Positions 63,454 through 64,000 of a DNA stretch of 64,000 bases are shown one piece after another. The notes beneath the pieces were generated by a model. It worked only from the letters and a program-made list of their open reading frames with translations, was not told the origin of the DNA and made no database searches. How positions within the stretch are numbered: the first letter of the stretch is position 1; every line of letters starts with the position of its first letter. The DNA comes from Puniceicoccaceae bacterium (GTDB taxonomy: Bacteria; Verrucomicrobiota; Verrucomicrobiia; Opitutales; JAFGAQ01). A program made the position numbers and the translations under genes. The stretch is from assembly GCA_028285755.1 (NCBI GenBank), contig JANQOQ010000004.1, positions 134,720 to 198,719 of the forward strand. Reading direction: 5' to 3'.

Positions 63454-64000
63454 TTAATTCAGTTTTGCTTGCACTTCATCCGCAAGAGTGCCCAGGATCA
63501 GACAACAGGAGCATGCTCCGGCATCCAGGACCCCCCGGGATCGTTCACCCAGGCGGCTGGAGCGGCCAAGCTTTGAGACTAAATCTTTTGTAGAGTCTTT
63601 ACCCGCCTCCGCAGCCTGCTTCATTTGATTGAGTGCGGTATCGAAATCGTGCGAATTATCAACCGAGGACTGCAGGGATTCAACGGCAGGCACCAGGCAA
63701 TCCATTAATGTTTTGTCTCCGGGTTTTGCGGGCGAAATTTTACTGATAGCGTCTCTCGCTGACACAATCATCTCCGTAAAGTCAGACAAGCCGATTTGCT
63801 CCTTATCGGAGACAGACTCAGCCATCGCCTTAAAAAACATTCCGTAAAGGGGCCCCATGGAGCCTCCTATTTTCATCATGAGCGTATTCGAGAGCTTCTT
63901 CAGATTTGAAGCCATATCACCCTCCTGCCCACTCAGTGCTTCAGCGGCCAGGTTGAACCCTTTTGCCATGTTGATCCCATGATCTCCGTCGCCAATCGCT
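63454..64000 (-). CDS. dhaL: Dihydroxyacetone kinase L subunit (DAK2 domain), N-terminus beyond the window edge
   Basis: The ORF track starts at Met 63969, but the frame stays open to the edge. My translation of 63970-63999 gives ..AIGDGDHGIN before MAKGF, which is the DhaL DGDHG motif. Downstream are ..GGSMGPLYG.. and ..RSSRLGERS..DAGA... Confidence 0.8.
   Translation of the reverse strand, partial: AIGDGDHGINMAKGFNLAAEALSGQEGDMASNLKKLSNTLMMKIGGSMGPLYGMFFKAMAESVSDKEQIGLSDFTEMIVSARDAISKISPAKPGDKTLMDCLVPAVESLQSSVDNSHDFDTALNQMKQAAEAGKDSTKDLVSKLGRSSRLGERSRGVLDAGACSCCLILGTLADEVQAKLN

Noticed and set aside
1-64000. Search by eye for CRISPR arrays, IS/transposase/integrase genes, prophage genes, tRNA/rRNA genes and long direct repeats
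   Set aside because: I recognised none. No ORF product resembles a transposase, integrase or Cas protein, and no intergenic region is long enough or patterned like a repeat-spacer array. A tRNAscan/Infernal run would be needed to exclude small RNAs rigorously.

Overview
Gene-dense 64-kb chromosomal segment with about 65 protein-coding genes on both strands. By eye I found no rRNA, tRNA, CRISPR array, transposase or integrase. Most genes are housekeeping: sulfate activation (cysD-cysNC), aroQ, cdd, rpoN, a tsaB-like gene, rho, pyrE, recD2, xseB-dxs, lipB-lipA-pdhABC, gcvT-gcvH-ftsB, galE and mnmA. Envelope and glycan functions include a GT28 glycosyltransferase, nucleotide-sugar epimerases, a UAP1-type pyrophosphorylase, two DUF1080 proteins, two Cys-type sulfatases and a GntR/sugar-isomerase/DhaL locus. 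The gene content suggests a marine PVC-group (Verrucomicrobiota-like) bacterium; this is inference, not a search result. All family calls come from motif recognition in the translated ORFs, with no database search run. Main leads: (1) A candidate persulfide-sensing module: a two-Cys SqrR/BigR-like ArsR repressor, an exported acetolactate-decarboxylase homologue and an 822-aa CoADR-rhodanese-TusA-DsrE fusion. Both promoter regions carry the same dyad-symmetric 21-mer. (2) A strong hairpin+U9 terminator inside the 365-bp cysDN leader, with no upstream gene to terminate; it may be an attenuator, riboswitch platform or sRNA. (3) Three decayed domains: a standalone sigma-54-activator AAA+ core that has lost its ATPase and GAFTGA motifs, a CheY-like receiver with Ala at the phospho-acceptor position, and a kexin-like S8 protease with Ser replacing the catalytic His. 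(4) An flbT-flaF flagellin-translation regulator pair with no flagellar genes nearby. (5) All eight convergent gene junctions abut or overlap (gap 6 nt or less). I cannot show that any of these is truly undescribed without database searches.
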